In this document: positions 23,798-25,039 of the stretch, in pieces
How the letters are laid out: each line of letters opens with the position of its first letter
How positions within the stretch are numbered: the stretch's first letter is position 1
From: a virus
Lineage: Duplodnaviria > Caudoviricetes
Strand: one strand, 5' to 3'
IMG/VR virus record: IMGVR_UViG_3300037467_001706
Span: 1-25,039 of that record
DNA: 25,039 nucleotides
Position numbers and translations under genes: made by a program
Notes under the pieces: model-generated
What the model saw: the letters and a program-made list of their open reading frames with translations, nothing else
Database searches by the model: none
What the model was told of the DNA's origin: nothing

Positions 23798-24228
23798 TCC
23801 CTCGCAACGACGGCGTCCGCGGGGACGTCCGTCCGCATAAACCGGGCATTAACTCGCGCATAGTCGTCAAACATTCTCGCGCGACCGCCTGGCGTAAGGA
23901 ACGACCACATCAGCATCGCCAGGCCCACCCATTGCCCAATGATGAAGCCGACGTTATTCAGGGCAAAGTCGAGAACGCTCGGCGCCAGTTTCGCCAGCAC
24001 GTATCCGAGAGCAATGAGCGCGACCGCCCACACCATAGGGCCGACGGGGATGAACAGCAGGGCTACCGGGCGAAGCTGGCGCTTGGCTACGAGCCACAAG
24101 CTAACCGGCAGACTGTACAGGAACGGCAGCAGCATATTGGCACCCGCAAAAGCTGCGAAAACGATTCCAGCCATAAGTCCAACACCGAACAAGATGAACT
24201 CAAGCATGAGCGCCCTCAAACTCGACAT
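23794..24228 (-). CDS. Multi-pass membrane protein
   Basis: 3-4 hydrophobic helices with a charged C-terminal tail. Directly downstream of the repressor. Confidence 0.7.
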   Translation of the reverse strand: MSSLRALMLEFILFGVGLMAGIVFAAFAGANMLLPFLYSLPVSLWLVAKRQLRPVALLFIPVGPMVWAVALIALGYVLAKLAPSVLDFALNNVGFIIGQWVGLAMLMWSFLTPGGRARMFDDYARVNARFMRTDVPADAVVARD

Positions 24229-24264
24229 GTGTCATGTGAATTTCCGTTCCGATCATATGTACTG

Positions 24265-24285
24265 AAAAACGGGCCCGAAGGCCCG
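24265..24285 (-). terminator. Intrinsic terminator after repressor
   Basis: Minus strand CGGGCC-TTCG-GGCCCG-TTTTT (cUUCGg tetraloop). Confidence 0.75.
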
Positions 24286-24288
24286 CCT

Positions 24289-25023
24289 CTATTCGAGAGA
24301 AAGTCCTGGGCGGTGGACGTAGGTGACCACGCCGATAATTGCTCCCTCAGGAGTGAGCCTTATGGGCTTGTGTTCCTCGTTGTAGCTCTCAGGCTCAAGG
24401 TAGATCCAGCCGTGCGCGGTTTTCTTGAGGCGCTTGCAGGTTGAGCCCTCGCCCTCGACGTTGGCGATGACCACCTGGCCGCTCTTGGCCGTGCTCGTCC
24501 GCCGAACCATCAGCACGTCGCCCTCCTGGATGATCTTGTTCATCGAGTCGCCGTAAGCGATTGCGGCAAAGTCACCCTTGGCGGCAACCTCTGGCGGGAG
24601 GTCGATGTAGCCAGCTGGGTGTAAATCAAGCTGATTGCCGCAGCCAACCTTACCTGCGAGCGGAACCGCGACGGGCGCCAACTGGGGAACCGGCCGCGGA
24701 ATCAGAATCCCAGGCTCATAGACCGACAAAGCGCCAGACGCGCTCCCTCCGGCGTGAGCGAGAACCTCTCTGGCCTTGGCAAGACGGATGCTCTGCTCGT
24801 CACCAATGTGCTTACTAGCAGCACGCAACTCCTCAAATGACACTCGGAGCCCCTTGGCAACCATCTCGAGCTTCTCCATCGACGGACTCGTGGGCTTTCC
24901 AGTCGCATAGTCGAAACCGCGTTCCAGGTTGGCGATGTAGCCGTGACTCACGCCGCTGGCCGCCGCAAGCTCCCGCTGGGAGAGCTTGAGCGCCTTTCTG
25001 CGGTCACGGATAAAGTCCCCCAA
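24289..25023 (-). CDS. cI: cI/LexA-like repressor (XRE HTH + S24 peptidase); true start probably beyond the window
   Basis: HTH IRDRRKALKLSQRELAAASGVSHGYIANLERG, cleavage region GKVGCG, catalytic GDSM and TCKRL. Frame stays open to the window edge. Confidence 0.92.
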   Translation of the reverse strand: MGDFIRDRRKALKLSQRELAAASGVSHGYIANLERGFDYATGKPTSPSMEKLEMVAKGLRVSFEELRAASKHIGDEQSIRLAKAREVLAHAGGSASGALSVYEPGILIPRPVPQLAPVAVPLAGKVGCGNQLDLHPAGYIDLPPEVAAKGDFAAIAYGDSMNKIIQEGDVLMVRRTSTAKSGQVVIANVEGEGSTCKRLKKTAHGWIYLEPESYNEEHKPIRLTPEGAIIGVVTYVHRPGLSLE

Positions 25024-25039
25024 GGGGTTGGGGTCGGGC

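Larger units (their letters stand above)
1..25039. mobile_element. Temperate phage genome segment (packaging, head, short tail, lysis, integration, immunity); probably the non-integrated form
   Basis: Canonical order terS-terL-portal-scaffold-MCP-tail-lysis, convergent with integrase and repressor. No host housekeeping gene seen. attP-like site is intact and has phage genes on both sides. Confidence 0.95.

Noticed and set aside
1-25039. CRISPR array, rRNA, IS element, intron/intein or stop-codon recoding
   Set aside because: No repeat-spacer pattern or transposase seen, core genes are uninterrupted, and TAG, TGA and TAA all end genes normally.

Overview
The whole window is a segment of a high-GC temperate phage with podovirus-like organisation (no tape-measure or sheath gene). 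On the + strand (about 360-19990) is one late operon: small and large terminase, portal, scaffold, N4-gp56/DUF4043-type major capsid protein, decoration and head-spike proteins, adaptor, nozzle-like tail protein, C1q-like fibre, three ejection-type proteins, a lipoprotein M10-type metallopeptidase and a holin/amidase lysis cassette. On the - strand (about 20030-25039) is the lysogeny module: a cI/LexA-like repressor (5' end probably outside the window), two membrane proteins plus a 59-aa zinc-ribbon protein missed by the ORF track, a BstA-family abortive-infection protein with its own promoter, a large serine integrase, a symmetric attP-like site over the integrase stop codon, and an orphan gene with a LexA-type box inside its promoter. 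The most interesting items are the BstA/membrane/zinc-ribbon defence cluster, the intact attP with an SOS-controlled neighbour, and a D-armless tRNA-like fold over the portal stop codon followed by an orphan 11-nt Shine-Dalgarno. All family calls come from motif recognition by eye; no database search was run.
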